A stretch of DNA of 64,000 nucleotides, taken from an uncultured Gemmatimonadales bacterium. GTDB lineage: Bacteria; Gemmatimonadota; Gemmatimonadetes; Gemmatimonadales; GWC2-71-9. Every line of letters starts with the position of its first letter. Positions within the stretch are counted from its first letter, which is position 1. Below the pieces are notes generated by a model, which was not told the origin of the DNA, ran no database searches, and worked only from the letters and a program-made list of their open reading frames with translations. The position numbers and the translations under genes were made by a program. This document shows, one piece after another, positions 30,494 to 41,956 of this stretch. The DNA lies in contig CAVYSW010000003.1 of the NCBI GenBank assembly GCA_963771275.1, forward strand, positions 96,001-160,000, written 5' to 3'.

Positions 30494-30566
30494 GACGGTC
30501 TGTCGTCCTCGGGAACGATGTCAGCCGTGATAACCCGCACCGCCACCCGGAGGTTCCCGCACCGCC

Positions 30567-31736
30567 TCAGCGCGGCGCCCCCCTGAGGCGCGCGAGCCGG
30601 CGGACGGACTCCTCCAGCACGTCCGGCGTCTTGCAGAAGGCGAACCGCACCAGATGGCGGCCCAGCTCCGGCCGGCTGAAGAAGCTCGAGCCGGGCACCG
30701 GCGCCACGCCCACCTCGCGCGTAAGCCGCTCGGCAAACGCCACGTCGGACTCGCCGCTCAGCGCCGAGAAGTCGGCGAGCACGTAGTACGCCCCCTGCGG
30801 CGGCGCGCAGCGGAACCCGGCCGCCAGCAGGCCCGCGACCAGCAGGTCCCGCCTGGCCCGGTAGTCACGCGCCAGACCCTCATAGTACGCCGGCGGGAGC
30901 CGCTCGACGCCGACCGCCACGCCCTCCTGGAGCGGTGCCGGTGCCCCCACCGTGAGGAAATCGTGCACCTTGCGGATCGCGTCGGTGATCTCGGGTGGGG
31001 CGACGATCGTCCCGACCCGCCAGCCCGTGACCGAGAACGTCTTCGACGCGCCGCTCACCGTGATCGTGCGGTCGCGCATGCCGGGCAGCGTCGCGAGTGG
31101 CACGTGCCGGCCGTCGTACAGGATGTGCTCGTAGATCTCGTCGGTGAGCGCGAGCGCGTCGTGGCGCACGCACAGCTCGGCGATGGCGGCCAAGTCCGCC
31201 GGGGTGAATACGCGCCCGCTCGGGTTGTTCGGGGTGTTGAGAATGATGGCCCGCGTGCGCGCCGTGAACGCCTGCGCGATCGCCGCCAGATCGAGCGGGC
31301 CGTCCGCCGTGACCGGCACGAACACCGGCCGGGCGCCGCACAGGATCGCGTCGGGCCCGTAGTTCTCGTAGAACGGCTCGAGGATCACGACTTCGTCGCC
31401 CGGATTCACCGTCGCGAGCACGGCCGACGCCATGGCTTCCGTGGCCCCGCACGTGATCGTGATCTCCCGCTCCGGATCCACCGCCATGCCGTACCACGCC
31501 GCGTACTTGGCCGCGAGCGCGGCCCGGAGGCGCGCGCTGCCCCACGTGATCGCATACTGGTTGAGATCGGCGTGAATCGCGCGGGCCGCGGCCTCCTTCA
31601 CCAGCGCCGGCGCCGGGAAGTTCGGGAACCCCTGAGCCAGGTTGATGGCGTCGTGCTCGGCGGCGAGCCGGGTCATCGCGCGGATCACCGACTCGGTGAA
31701 CCCGTGGGTGCGCGCGGCGGTGAAGCGGTGCGGCAT
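30567..31736 (-). CDS. PLP-dependent aminotransferase class I/II
   Basis: AINLAQGFP, NQY, NTPNNPSG, DEIY and SKTFSVTGWRVG. Confidence 0.92.
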   Translation of the reverse strand: MPHRFTAARTHGFTESVIRAMTRLAAEHDAINLAQGFPNFPAPALVKEAAARAIHADLNQYAITWGSARLRAALAAKYAAWYGMAVDPEREITITCGATEAMASAVLATVNPGDEVVILEPFYENYGPDAILCGARPVFVPVTADGPLDLAAIAQAFTARTRAIILNTPNNPSGRVFTPADLAAIAELCVRHDALALTDEIYEHILYDGRHVPLATLPGMRDRTITVSGASKTFSVTGWRVGTIVAPPEITDAIRKVHDFLTVGAPAPLQEGVAVGVERLPPAYYEGLARDYRARRDLLVAGLLAAGFRCAPPQGAYYVLADFSALSGESDVAFAERLTREVGVAPVPGSSFFSRPELGRHLVRFAFCKTPDVLEESVRRLARLRGAPR

Positions 31737-31802
31737 GATGGACTGGGACTCCGGATCGCGGGGACCGCTCAATATCGTCGGCGACCCCGGCCCCGTGAAG
31801 GG

Positions 31803-34800
31803 TCAGTCGCCGGCGGTGACGAGGGTGATCCGCACCGTCGTGCCGCCCTCGGGCGTGCTCTCCACGGCGATCCGCCCGCCCCACGACTCCACCAGCCGCC
31901 GGCAGATCGCGAGCCCGAGGCCGGTCCCGCTCGTGGTGGTCGAGAACTGCGGCTCGAAGATGCGGTGCAGGTGCTCCGCCGCGATCCCGCGCCCGTCGTC
32001 GCGCACCGTCACCACCCGGTCGCCGTTCGCGGTCCCCAGCGTCACCGTGATCGTGCGGGCCTCCGCGGCGCGGGCGTTCTCGATCAGGTTGATCAGCACT
32101 TCCTTGAGCTCGTCCCGCCGCGCGCGCACGACCACCGGCGCGTCGGCTTCCACGCCCACGCCGGGCCCGGCCGCCAGGGCGTAGAGCGCCGCGGTGTCGC
32201 GCGCCACCTCGACCGCGTCCACGCGGCCCAGGGGCTCCGCGCCGGAGGGCGGCGCGCCGAACCGCGAGAACGCCCGGGCGATCGCGTCGAGTCGCTCGAT
32301 CTCGGCGAGGATCTGCCGGCTCGTCCGGTCCAGCACGTCGCGGTAGTCGCCGCGCGGCGCGTCGTACGCGCGGCGCAGGTGCTGCACGCCGAGCCGGATG
32401 GGCGTGAGCGGATTCTTGATCTCGTGGGCGATCTGCCGCGCCAGCTCGCCCCAGGCGAGCACGCGCACCGCGCGCGCCAGATCGGTGACGTCGTCGAGCG
32501 CCACGACCCAGCCACTCGCCGCGCCGGTGAGGGGCGCCACCTGCGCGCGGATCTGCCGCTCGTCGGGGCTGAACTCGCGCGGCTCGTCGTTGCTCCGCCC
32601 CTCCGCCACGGCGCGCACCCAGGTCCAGAGCGGCTGCCACGCGGCGCCGGTGAGCGGCTCGACGGCTGCTCCCGCCGTGAGCGGCTGCCCCAGAATCTCG
32701 TCCGCCCGCGGGTTCGAGATCACCACGACCAGCGCATCATCCAGGGCCACCACGCCCGTGGCGACGTTGCGCAGCACCGCCGCCGTCCGCTGGCGCTGGG
32801 CTTCCAGCGCAGCCCGCGACGCGTGCACGTCCCGCGCCATCCGGTCGAACGCGTCCATCACCGGCACGAACTCGCCGGGCGCGTCCGGCCCGATCGGCGA
32901 CGGCAGCTCGCCGCGACGCACCTGCTCGGCCGCGGCCCGCAGGGCCTGGACCGGCCGGGCCAGGGTCCGCGCCGCCAGCGTCGCCAAGGCGACCGCCGCC
33001 GCCAACCCACCGAGCGTGATCAGCAGCAGGCCGAACACCAGGTCCTGCTCGCTCCGCACCAGCCCGGGGTCGTCGAGCAGGCGCGGCGCGCCAAGCACCA
33101 GCGCGTCGTCCACGGCGCCGCTGATCGCCCGATACCCGACCCGCGTCGGGCGTCCCGCTATCCGCTGGTCGACGGCCAGCTCGATCTCGTCACCCGTCGT
33201 GAGCGCGCGCTCCACCACGGGCGCGAGATACCAATCGAGCACCCCCAGGTCGGCGAGCACGGGCGAGCTGGCCTGGCGCAGCTGCCCCTCCTCGTAGAAC
33301 AGCAGGTCGGCGTTGAGGCGCACCGCCGCGTCGCGCAGCACCTCACCCGCGAGCGCCCCCGGCATGGCAGCGAACTCGCGCACCGACCCGGCCGCGTCCG
33401 CCAGCGTCTGGCGGATCAGAATGTCGCGCGTGCGCCGCGCCTCCAGGCCGAGGCGCGTGGCTGTCCACGCGCTATAGCCCACCGTGGGCACGACGAAGAA
33501 GACCGCGAAGGCCACCCCGAGCCGGCCGCGGTACGAGCGCGCGCGGACGTAGTCTCCCACGGCCCGCGGGAGCTGGAGCTGGCCGGCGATCCCCTGCGCC
33601 ACCAGCCAGAGGAGTCCCACCACCGCCAGGTCCAGCACGAGGACCAGGGCGCCCCGCACCATCTGGCCGAGTGGGCTCCCCAGCGAGACCACCGCGTGGA
33701 GGTGGCGCGGGCCGTCCGGAAACACGAGGTGCGCGTCGCCCCGCGCGACCCAGCCGTCGCGCCGCCATGTCACCCCGCCGCTGGTGGCCGTGTCGGGCTC
33801 CGCCACGACGTCGGAGAGCGTCAGCGTGTACGGAGCGGCGAGCGTACCCTCGCCCCGCAGGAACCGGGCGACGCGCACCGGCTCGATCAGGCGCGATCGC
33901 GGACCGAGACCGACGGTGACCGCCGAGCCGTCGGGAAACGGCACCGACAGCACGAACAGGTGCCCGGGCACGCTCGGCACTTCCGTGACGGCGGGAACGT
34001 GGCGATCGCCGGCGACGAGCGCGACGCGCTGCAGCACCGAGTCGGCCAGCGGCAGGGCTGCGAGATCGAGCCGCGACTGGAGATCCCCGTGCAGCCACAC
34101 CGCCAGCACCGCCGGGTAGCGATCCGCTTCCAGCGCCGAGCGACTCCAGCGGCTGTACAGCTCTCCGGTCGTCCGCGGGGCCGCCTCCTCCTGGAGGCTC
34201 GCGCCGAAGCGCTCGAGCAGGCCCACCGCGACCGGGTCACTGCCCTGCCGCAGCCCGGCGGCGTCCCGCTCGGCCAGCAGGATCCGGCCGTCTGCGGCGT
34301 CGCCCCACGTCAGCACCGCCGCCAGGGCGCCCGCCACCAGCCCGATGAGCGGAACCGCCCGGCCGGGCGTGGCCGGCGCGCCCGCCAGGACGAGGGCCGG
34401 CAGCCACAGAAGCGCATACCACACCGGCCAGTCATGCCCCGGCACCCAGCGCCACAGGTACAGGAGGGTCACCGCGACCGCCCACACGCCTCCCAGCAGC
34501 GGCATCCATCTCGGCAGCCCCCGCGGCACGACTCGCCGGAGCAACACGCCGCCGAACACGAGCAGCGCCGCCCCGGCGATCGCGAGCGCAACTTGCCACT
34601 GCAGCCACAGCGTCAGGTCGATGCCGTCCATCGGCGGGGTGATCGCGTCGCCCAGGCGGATGAGCACCGGTGGCACGGCCAGCGCGACCAGCACGCCTCC
34701 GATGGCGCCCCAGCGCGGCACCCGGCCCGCCCGCCACAGCAGCGCGCCCGCCACAAGCGCCAACGACGCCGTCGCCAGCAGAGCACCGGCCGACGTCGAC

Positions 34801-35825
34801 GCGGGCCCGAGCATCTCCGTGAAGAACGTGGCCGGTGAGAACAGCCGGCCGAACGGCGCATGGTGGCCCGCCGAGGTGAGCACGAGCAGCGCCGCCAGCG
34901 CCGCCGCGCCACCCATGCGCATGAGCGGTCCCGCGAACAACAGGAGGCTCACCAGCAGCAGAACGGTGGCCCCCGCCACCCAGCCCGATCCCCGGTCGAG
35001 CGCCGCGAGCTTCACGGCCCCCTGGGTCGGCGAGACCAGTCGCACGCTGAACAACGTGTCGGGTTTGACGTCCCGCGCGCCGCAGGCGGGTACGCAATAG
35101 TCGAACACGTCCGCCCAGTACGGCCCACGGCCGGCGGGATAGAACTCGAGCCCGACGCCCGTGGCGCGCTGGAACTGCGTGCCGAGCGTCCGGTTCCGGT
35201 CGGGGATGGCACTGTCGGCGCTGAGCACGACGTGGGCGACCGTGAACATCCCGTCCGGCCCCTGGCGACCGGCGGAGAGAATCGCGTAGAATGGGGTGAT
35301 GCGAGTCTCGAGACCGGCGATGGGACGCGGCGACAGGCGGTGCCGACCAGCCCAGGCCCATGGCCTGCCCTCGGCATCGAACACCACGACGCCCCGTTCC
35401 GGCCCCGCACCGCGTCCGGCGTCCGCCAGTGCGGCGAAGGCCCGGCCGCGGTGCCCGCCGGACGCGGCGACACCCGCGTCGGCGAGCCGCCGGACGAGGC
35501 CCACGGCATCGGCGAGGTCCCTGTTCAGGCGCTTGCCGGCGGCCTCCACCAGCCGCCAGTGGATGCCCGTGGAGTCGCCGCCCCAGGTTGTCTCGATCTG
35601 CTCCACCTGGCGCGCGGTGTGGACCGCGCCCCCGGCGCCGGCGACCGCGATGCCGGCCAGCACCAGAGCCACGAACGGCCGGGAACGCGCCACCAGGACG
35701 GCCGCCCCGAGCCCGGCGACCCCCGCGGCCACCCCGATCGCGAAACCGGGGTGCGCCAGCCACGCGGCCAGCAGGATGGCGGCCACCGCGGCGGCGAGTT
35801 CCCAATGAGCGACACGAGCGGCCAC
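31803..35825 (-). CDS. Large multi-TM sensor histidine kinase (NtrY-like HAMP-PAS-HisKA-HATPase); start uncertain
   Basis: WGELARQIAHEIKNPLTPI, NLIENA, DDGRGI, FEPQFST and GTGLGL. Confidence 0.88.
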   Translation of the reverse strand: MAARVAHWELAAAVAAILLAAWLAHPGFAIGVAAGVAGLGAAVLVARSRPFVALVLAGIAVAGAGGAVHTARQVEQIETTWGGDSTGIHWRLVEAAGKRLNRDLADAVGLVRRLADAGVAASGGHRGRAFAALADAGRGAGPERGVVVFDAEGRPWAWAGRHRLSPRPIAGLETRITPFYAILSAGRQGPDGMFTVAHVVLSADSAIPDRNRTLGTQFQRATGVGLEFYPAGRGPYWADVFDYCVPACGARDVKPDTLFSVRLVSPTQGAVKLAALDRGSGWVAGATVLLLVSLLLFAGPLMRMGGAAALAALLVLTSAGHHAPFGRLFSPATFFTEMLGPASTSAGALLATASLALVAGALLWRAGRVPRWGAIGGVLVALAVPPVLIRLGDAITPPMDGIDLTLWLQWQVALAIAGAALLVFGGVLLRRVVPRGLPRWMPLLGGVWAVAVTLLYLWRWVPGHDWPVWYALLWLPALVLAGAPATPGRAVPLIGLVAGALAAVLTWGDAADGRILLAERDAAGLRQGSDPVAVGLLERFGASLQEEAAPRTTGELYSRWSRSALEADRYPAVLAVWLHGDLQSRLDLAALPLADSVLQRVALVAGDRHVPAVTEVPSVPGHLFVLSVPFPDGSAVTVGLGPRSRLIEPVRVARFLRGEGTLAAPYTLTLSDVVAEPDTATSGGVTWRRDGWVARGDAHLVFPDGPRHLHAVVSLGSPLGQMVRGALVLVLDLAVVGLLWLVAQGIAGQLQLPRAVGDYVRARSYRGRLGVAFAVFFVVPTVGYSAWTATRLGLEARRTRDILIRQTLADAAGSVREFAAMPGALAGEVLRDAAVRLNADLLFYEEGQLRQASSPVLADLGVLDWYLAPVVERALTTGDEIELAVDQRIAGRPTRVGYRAISGAVDDALVLGAPRLLDDPGLVRSEQDLVFGLLLITLGGLAAAVALATLAARTLARPVQALRAAAEQVRRGELPSPIGPDAPGEFVPVMDAFDRMARDVHASRAALEAQRQRTAAVLRNVATGVVALDDALVVVISNPRADEILGQPLTAGAAVEPLTGAAWQPLWTWVRAVAEGRSNDEPREFSPDERQIRAQVAPLTGAASGWVVALDDVTDLARAVRVLAWGELARQIAHEIKNPLTPIRLGVQHLRRAYDAPRGDYRDVLDRTSRQILAEIERLDAIARAFSRFGAPPSGAEPLGRVDAVEVARDTAALYALAAGPGVGVEADAPVVVRARRDELKEVLINLIENARAAEARTITVTLGTANGDRVVTVRDDGRGIAAEHLHRIFEPQFSTTTSGTGLGLAICRRLVESWGGRIAVESTPEGGTTVRITLVTAGD

Positions 35826-36557
35826 GGCACTCCCCTGCGGCTCAAGTTCCTGCGGCCGGGCGAGGTCCGGGACATTCTGGCCCGCGACCCGCGGCTCATC
35901 ATCCCGGTCGGCACCACCGAGCAGCACGGCCCGCATCTGCCGCTCGGGGCAGACACCCTGCTGGTCGAGCGGTTGGCCGACGACCTCTCGGCGGAGTTCG
36001 GCGTGCTCCGGGCGCCGACCGTGGAATATGGCGTAAATGCACGGACGCGCACGCCCTACCCGGGAAACGCGTCGCTGCGGCGCAAGACCCTGCACCGCTT
36101 CATGAACGACTTGGTCGGCTCGTGGGAAGAGAGCGGGGTGCGGCAGTTCATCATTCTCACCGCGCACGGCCACGACCCGCATCAGGAGGCCCTCAGCACG
36201 CTGCGCACCACGCACGCCACGATCCGCACGGTGGACATCTTCACGGCCCAGCTCGACGGGGAGGATGCCGGTCTGCCGATTCACGGCGGCGCGCTCGACA
36301 CGTCGCTCGTCATGTTCGTGGGCCGGGACCTCGTGCAGCTGGAGCACGCGCAGGACTACCTGCCATCCGCGCGCCGGCTGCGCGCGTGGTACCGGCGCGG
36401 CGGCCGCAGCGTCCCGCCGGAGGGGCCCGGGTCGGTGGGGCACCCGACGCGGGCGTCAGTTGAGGCCGGGGGGCATCTGTACGATCTTATCTATGAGCGG
36501 ATCGCGACCCGGGTCTTCGGGCGCGCGCCGCACCCCACACCGACCGCGAGGCCGTGA
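35805..36557 (+). CDS. Creatininase family protein
   Basis: PVGTTEQHGPHLPLGADT, YGV...YPG and HGGALDTS. Confidence 0.85.
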   Translation: MSDTSGHGTPLRLKFLRPGEVRDILARDPRLIIPVGTTEQHGPHLPLGADTLLVERLADDLSAEFGVLRAPTVEYGVNARTRTPYPGNASLRRKTLHRFMNDLVGSWEESGVRQFIILTAHGHDPHQEALSTLRTTHATIRTVDIFTAQLDGEDAGLPIHGGALDTSLVMFVGRDLVQLEHAQDYLPSARRLRAWYRRGGRSVPPEGPGSVGHPTRASVEAGGHLYDLIYERIATRVFGRAPHPTPTARP

Positions 36558-37135
36558 TGCGCCGTCTGTCGCTGGCACTGCTTCTGCCGTCCCTCGCCCT
36601 CCCGGCCCAGGGGCGGGCGCAGCAGCCCGAGCGGGACGGCGGCCGGCTCGTCGTGCGGCAGGGAGGGATGATCATCGGGCAGGAAGACTTCACCCTCGAG
36701 CGCGTGGAGGGCGGCCTCAACCTGATCGTCACCGCTAGCTACCCGCCCGCGGTGCCGAACCGGGTGATCGCCTCGTTCGGGGCGCGGCGCATCACTGTCC
36801 GGCAGGCGTCGGACGGCACCGAAGTGGCCCGTGAGTACCCGGGCGGCGCGCGCAGCCTCGTGGTGGCGGATCGCGCCTTGGCGCTGTACGCCGTGGCGGG
36901 GGGCATGACACCGGGGCCGCTGACGGTCCACGGGTTGGGGATCCCGGGTCGGGAATCCGGTACCCTCGAGGATCGGGGACGCGAGCCCTTTCCGGGACCC
37001 GACAGCACCATGGCGCGGCGCATGGCGCTCCGTACCGGGGGCGGGCAAGTCGAGCTGTGGTACGACGGCGCCGGCCGCCTGCTACGCATCGCCGTTCCCG
37101 CAAAGGACTTGACTGCCGAGCGGGAGGTCCGATAG
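36554..37135 (+). CDS. Secreted hypothetical protein
   Basis: Signal peptide; coupled to the creatininase gene; C-terminal VELWYDGAGRLLRI. Confidence 0.7.
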   Translation: MMRRLSLALLLPSLALPAQGRAQQPERDGGRLVVRQGGMIIGQEDFTLERVEGGLNLIVTASYPPAVPNRVIASFGARRITVRQASDGTEVAREYPGGARSLVVADRALALYAVAGGMTPGPLTVHGLGIPGRESGTLEDRGREPFPGPDSTMARRMALRTGGGQVELWYDGAGRLLRIAVPAKDLTAEREVR

Positions 37136-37161
37136 CCCGCAGCGCCACCGCTGTCCCAGCT

Positions 37162-37187
37162 TGAAACTTTCCATCCCGACGCGCGTA
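37162..37187 (+). promoter_or_regulatory. ECF (SigW-like) promoter upstream of the exporter operon
   Basis: TGAAAC-16nt-CGTA. Confidence 0.55.
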
Positions 37188-37234
37188 CGTTCCCCGGAAT
37201 CCGCATGGTAATACCACGTCCAAGGACAGGCTCA

Positions 37235-38731
37235 ATGCGTTCACTCGCCATCGCTGCCCTGCTGCTAGGGACGGCCGTGACAGCCACTGCCGCCCAGCAA
37301 CCCGTGCTCCCGTCCGTCCCGCAGACGCTGCGGCTCGAGGAGGCGGTTGAGCTCGCGACCCGCAACAACCCGTCGTACCGCCAGGTCACCAATGACCGGG
37401 GGGCGGCCGTGTGGGGGGTGCGCAACGCCTACTCGGAGCTGTTCCTCCCGTCGCTCAGCGCGAGCACCGGATTCAACTACCGCGGGGCGGGGTCCCAGAC
37501 GTTCCTGACGCAGGAGTTCAGCCAGGCGTCGAGCACGATCGGCTCGATCTATCAGCTGGGCCTGAGCTGGCAGCTCTCCGGCGCGACGCTTGCGCAGCCG
37601 GGACTCGCCAAGGCGCAGCTCCGGGCGACGGACGCGGCGATCGAGGGGGCGGGCATCAGCCTCCGCGCCACGATCACCCAGCAGTATCTCGCCGTGCTCC
37701 AGGCACAGGAACAGGTCACCCTCGCGCAGTCCCAGCTCACGCGGAACGACGAGTTCCTCCGTCTGGCCCAGGCGCGCTTCCAGGTGGGGCAGGCCACGAT
37801 GCTCGACGTGCGGCAGGCGGAAGTCGCCAAGGGCCAGGCCGAGGTGAGCCTGCTCCAAGCCCGTCAGGGCGTGATCGTCGAGAAGCTGCGGCTGTTTCAG
37901 CAGATCGGGGTCCCGGCCCCGGAGGATCCCAACGTGGTGACGCTGCCGGACACGTTCCCGGTGGTCGAGCCCACGTGGACGCTGCGCGACCTGTTGCAGT
38001 CCGCCGAGGAGGGGAACCCGGACGTCGCGGCGCTGCGCGCCCAGGCGGCGGCCGCCCGATCGAGCGAGCACTCGGCCCGGTCACAGTGGTTCCCCACGCT
38101 GAGCTTCTCGGCCGGGTGGTCAGGGTTCACGCAGCGGTACACCAACGGCGACCCGACCTTCCTGCTGGCCAACGCCCGGGCGTCCGCAGCGGCCGGCATC
38201 ACGCAGTGCGACTATGCCAACGCCAATTTCCTCAACGCGGGGTCGACGCCACTCGACTGCTCGGCCTACGCGCTGACGACGGCCGAGGAGCAGGCGATTC
38301 TCGACGCGAACACGAAGTTCCCGTTCCGGTTCTCCTCGCAGCCGTTCTCGGCGAGCATTTCGATCTCGCTGCCGATCTTCACGCAATTCGGGCGTCCCGC
38401 GCGGATCGCGGAGGCCGCCCAGCAGGCAGATGACGCGCAAGAGCAGGTCGAGGCGCGGCGGCTGCAGGTGCGGACCGACGTGAGCCAGGCGTACTACGGC
38501 ATTCAGGCGGCCTACCAGGCGATCGGCATTCAGGCGACGAACAAGGTCGCGGCGCAGGAGCAGCTGCGCCTCGCCACCGAGCGGTATCGGGTGGGCTCGG
38601 GCACGTTCTTCGAGCTGCTGGACGCCCAGCTCGCGGCCCAGCGGGCCGACGGGGACTACATTAACGCCATCTACGCATACCACCGTTCGGTCGCGTCCCT
38701 CGAGGCGGCGGTCGGGCGGCCCTTGCGCTAA
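37235..38731 (+). CDS. TolC family outer membrane efflux protein
   Basis: Signal peptide, LEEAVELA..NNP, and two OEP repeats ending RFQVG and RYRVG...ELLDAQ. Confidence 0.9.
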   Translation: MRSLAIAALLLGTAVTATAAQQPVLPSVPQTLRLEEAVELATRNNPSYRQVTNDRGAAVWGVRNAYSELFLPSLSASTGFNYRGAGSQTFLTQEFSQASSTIGSIYQLGLSWQLSGATLAQPGLAKAQLRATDAAIEGAGISLRATITQQYLAVLQAQEQVTLAQSQLTRNDEFLRLAQARFQVGQATMLDVRQAEVAKGQAEVSLLQARQGVIVEKLRLFQQIGVPAPEDPNVVTLPDTFPVVEPTWTLRDLLQSAEEGNPDVAALRAQAAAARSSEHSARSQWFPTLSFSAGWSGFTQRYTNGDPTFLLANARASAAAGITQCDYANANFLNAGSTPLDCSAYALTTAEEQAILDANTKFPFRFSSQPFSASISISLPIFTQFGRPARIAEAAQQADDAQEQVEARRLQVRTDVSQAYYGIQAAYQAIGIQATNKVAAQEQLRLATERYRVGSGTFFELLDAQLAAQRADGDYINAIYAYHRSVASLEAAVGRPLR

Positions 38732-38752
38732 CAACCGGAGCGGAACGCTGTT

Positions 38753-40005
38753 ATGGCTCGGAAAAAGTGGATCATCGGCGCAGTGATCGTGGTGGTCGTG
38801 GTCGGCGCGGTCGGCGCGAAGCTGGCGCGGGGCGGCAACAAGGGCGCGGAGGTCCGGCTCGAGACCGTGGCCCGGCGCGACTTGGTCGCCACCGTCACGG
38901 CGAGCGGGAAGATCAAGCCGAAGACCAAGGTGGACATCAGCGCCGACATCACGGGCCGGATCATCGAGCTGCCCGTGGTCGAGGGGCAGCGGGTTCACAA
39001 GGGTGATCTGCTGATCCGGATCGACCCCTCCACCTTCGAGGCGTCCGTCGCCCGCGCCGAGGCGCTGCTGGCATCGGCCCAGGCCTCGGAGATCCAGAGC
39101 GTCGCGAATCGCGATCAGGCGGAGCGCAGCCTCGGCCGCTCCAAGGAGCTCCGCGCGCAGAGTCCCACCCTGGTCTCCGACGAGCAGCTCGAGCAGGCCC
39201 AGACCCAATTCGACGTCGCGGCGGCCATCGCGCTGTCGAGCCAGCGCCAGGTGGATCAGGCCCGCGCCGGCCTGCAGGAATCCCGGGATCAACTGGCCAA
39301 GACTGTGCTGCGCGCGCCGATGAACGGCCAGGTGACGCGCGTCGCCGTGGAAGCGGGCGAGGTGGCGGTCCCCGGGACGTTCTCGCGCGAGACCGGCCTG
39401 CTCATGACCGTCAGCGATCTGTCGGTGATCCAGGTCAACGTCCAGGTGGACGAGACCGACGTCGTCCGGCTCGCGCTCGGCGATTCGGCCGAGGTCACGA
39501 TCGACGCCTACCCGGACACGACGTTCTCGGGGCGGGTCACCAAGATCTCGCAGAGCTCCGTGTCGCTCGCCACGGCCGCCACGAGCAGCGACCGGGCCGT
39601 CGACTACAACGTCGAGGTGACCCTCGACAATCCGCCCCCCGACGTGCGGCCCGATCTCTCCGCCACGGCGAAGATCGTGACCGACACGCGGAAGGACGCG
39701 CTCAGCATCCCGATCATCGCGCTCACCGTGCGGGAGCACACGCCGATCTCCACCGAGACCGCGCCGCAGGATACCACCAAGGCGAAGAAGGAGACCGAGG
39801 GGGTGTTCGTGGTCCAGTCCGGCCTGGCGCAGTTCCGGCCGGTCAAGGTGGGCATTGCCGGCGAAGAGCACTTCGAGGTGCTCGAGGGACTGCAGCCCGG
39901 CGACTCGATCGTCGCCGGCCCGTACCAGGCGATCCGCGATCTCAAGGACAGCGTGCGCGTGCGCCCGTTGAAGCAGGGGCCGACGCCCGCGCCCGCGAGG
40001 GGCAC

Positions 40006-40009
<4 letters not shown>
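38753..40009 (+). CDS. Periplasmic adaptor subunit (MacA/YknX-like)
   Basis: [27 protein letters not shown] and VDETDV. Confidence 0.92.
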
Positions 40010-40710
<701 letters not shown>

Positions 40711-40711
40711 C

Positions 40712-41956
40712 ATGCAGTTCCTCGAGGCAATCCGCCTCGCGCTCCAGACGATCTGGGCGCAGAAGATGAAGACGGCGTTCGCCGTGATCGGCGTGTTCAT
40801 CGCCGTCACGTTCCTGATCGCCGTCGTCTCGATCGTGCAGGGCATGAACGCGTACATGACGGACCGCTTCGCCGGCACGCTGCTGGGCGTGAACACATTC
40901 CACCTGCGGCGGTTCCCCAACTTCCAGACCGGCGAGATCACCGACTCGACCTGGCGCTCATGGATGCGCCGCCCGCGGATCCGCTACGCGGATGCGGAGG
41001 CCGTGGAGGCGGCGATCACGGTCCCGCACCTGTCGGCGTGGGAATCGGGCAATCGCGCGACGATCGAGTACCGCGGCAAGGTGGCCCGCGACATCGACGT
41101 CACGGCGGCGACCGAGCGCTACTTCGAGATCCGGAACCTGCCGATCGTCCTCGGGCGGCCGTTCAGCGCGCAGGAGGTCCGGGCGGGCACGCCGGTCGCG
41201 GTGCTCGGCTGGGAGCTGGCCGACCGCCTGTTCGAGGGGCGCGATCCGCTCGGCCGCGAGATCAAGATCCACGACATCCCCTACCGGGTGATCGGGGTCG
41301 TCGAGAAGCAGGGCAACCTGTTCGGCATCTCGCTCGACAAGTTCGTCGTCACGACGGCGTTCGCGCCCGCCAAGCGGTTCGTGAACCCGCCGGGCGTGGT
41401 GGACGCGCTGATCATCAAGACCGGCTCCCTGCCCGAGCTGCGGGCCGCCATCACGGAAGCCGAGGCGGCAATGCGCACGCGCCGCCATCTGCGGCCCACC
41501 GAGGGGAACAACTTCGCCATCGAGACCGCCGACGCGGTGCTCGACTTCTGGGGCAAGATCAACCGGGTGCTGATGATCGCCCTGCCGGGACTGGTCAGCA
41601 TCTCCCTGGTCGTGGGCGGCATCGTGATCATGAACATCATGCTCATGGCCGTGTCGGAGCGCACCCGGGAGATCGGCATTCGCAAATCGCTCGGCGCCCG
41701 GCGGCGCGACATCCTGAGCCAGTTCCTCGTCGAGTCCGCCACGATCGCCACGGTGGGGGCGGCGGTGGGCGTGGCCACCGGGCTCGCGGCGGCTGCGCTG
41801 ATCGACGCCACGACCCCGCTGCCCGCGGCGGTGGCGCCCTGGTCGATCGGCGTCGGCGTCGCGCTCGGCGCGGGCGTCGGCATGATCGCGGGGATCTATC
41901 CGGCGAGCCGGGCGTCGCGCCTCGACCCCATCACCGCCATCCGGCACGAGACATGA
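40712..41956 (+). CDS. ABC transporter permease (MacB/FtsX family), type A copy 1
   Basis: VGGIVIMNIMLMAVSERTREIGIRKSLGA. Confidence 0.93.
   Translation: MQFLEAIRLALQTIWAQKMKTAFAVIGVFIAVTFLIAVVSIVQGMNAYMTDRFAGTLLGVNTFHLRRFPNFQTGEITDSTWRSWMRRPRIRYADAEAVEAAITVPHLSAWESGNRATIEYRGKVARDIDVTAATERYFEIRNLPIVLGRPFSAQEVRAGTPVAVLGWELADRLFEGRDPLGREIKIHDIPYRVIGVVEKQGNLFGISLDKFVVTTAFAPAKRFVNPPGVVDALIIKTGSLPELRAAITEAEAAMRTRRHLRPTEGNNFAIETADAVLDFWGKINRVLMIALPGLVSISLVVGGIVIMNIMLMAVSERTREIGIRKSLGARRRDILSQFLVESATIATVGAAVGVATGLAAAALIDATTPLPAAVAPWSIGVGVALGAGVGMIAGIYPASRASRLDPITAIRHET

Noticed and set aside
30654..34838. 1394-aa plus-strand ORF and similar long Arg/Ala/Pro-rich ORFs
   Set aside because: These are antisense or off-frame shadows of real genes in high-GC DNA and show no recognisable motifs.
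35805..36443. Long overlap between the kinase ORF extension and the creatininase gene
   Set aside because: The kinase probably starts near 35825 or later, and the extension is the antisense of the creatininase.
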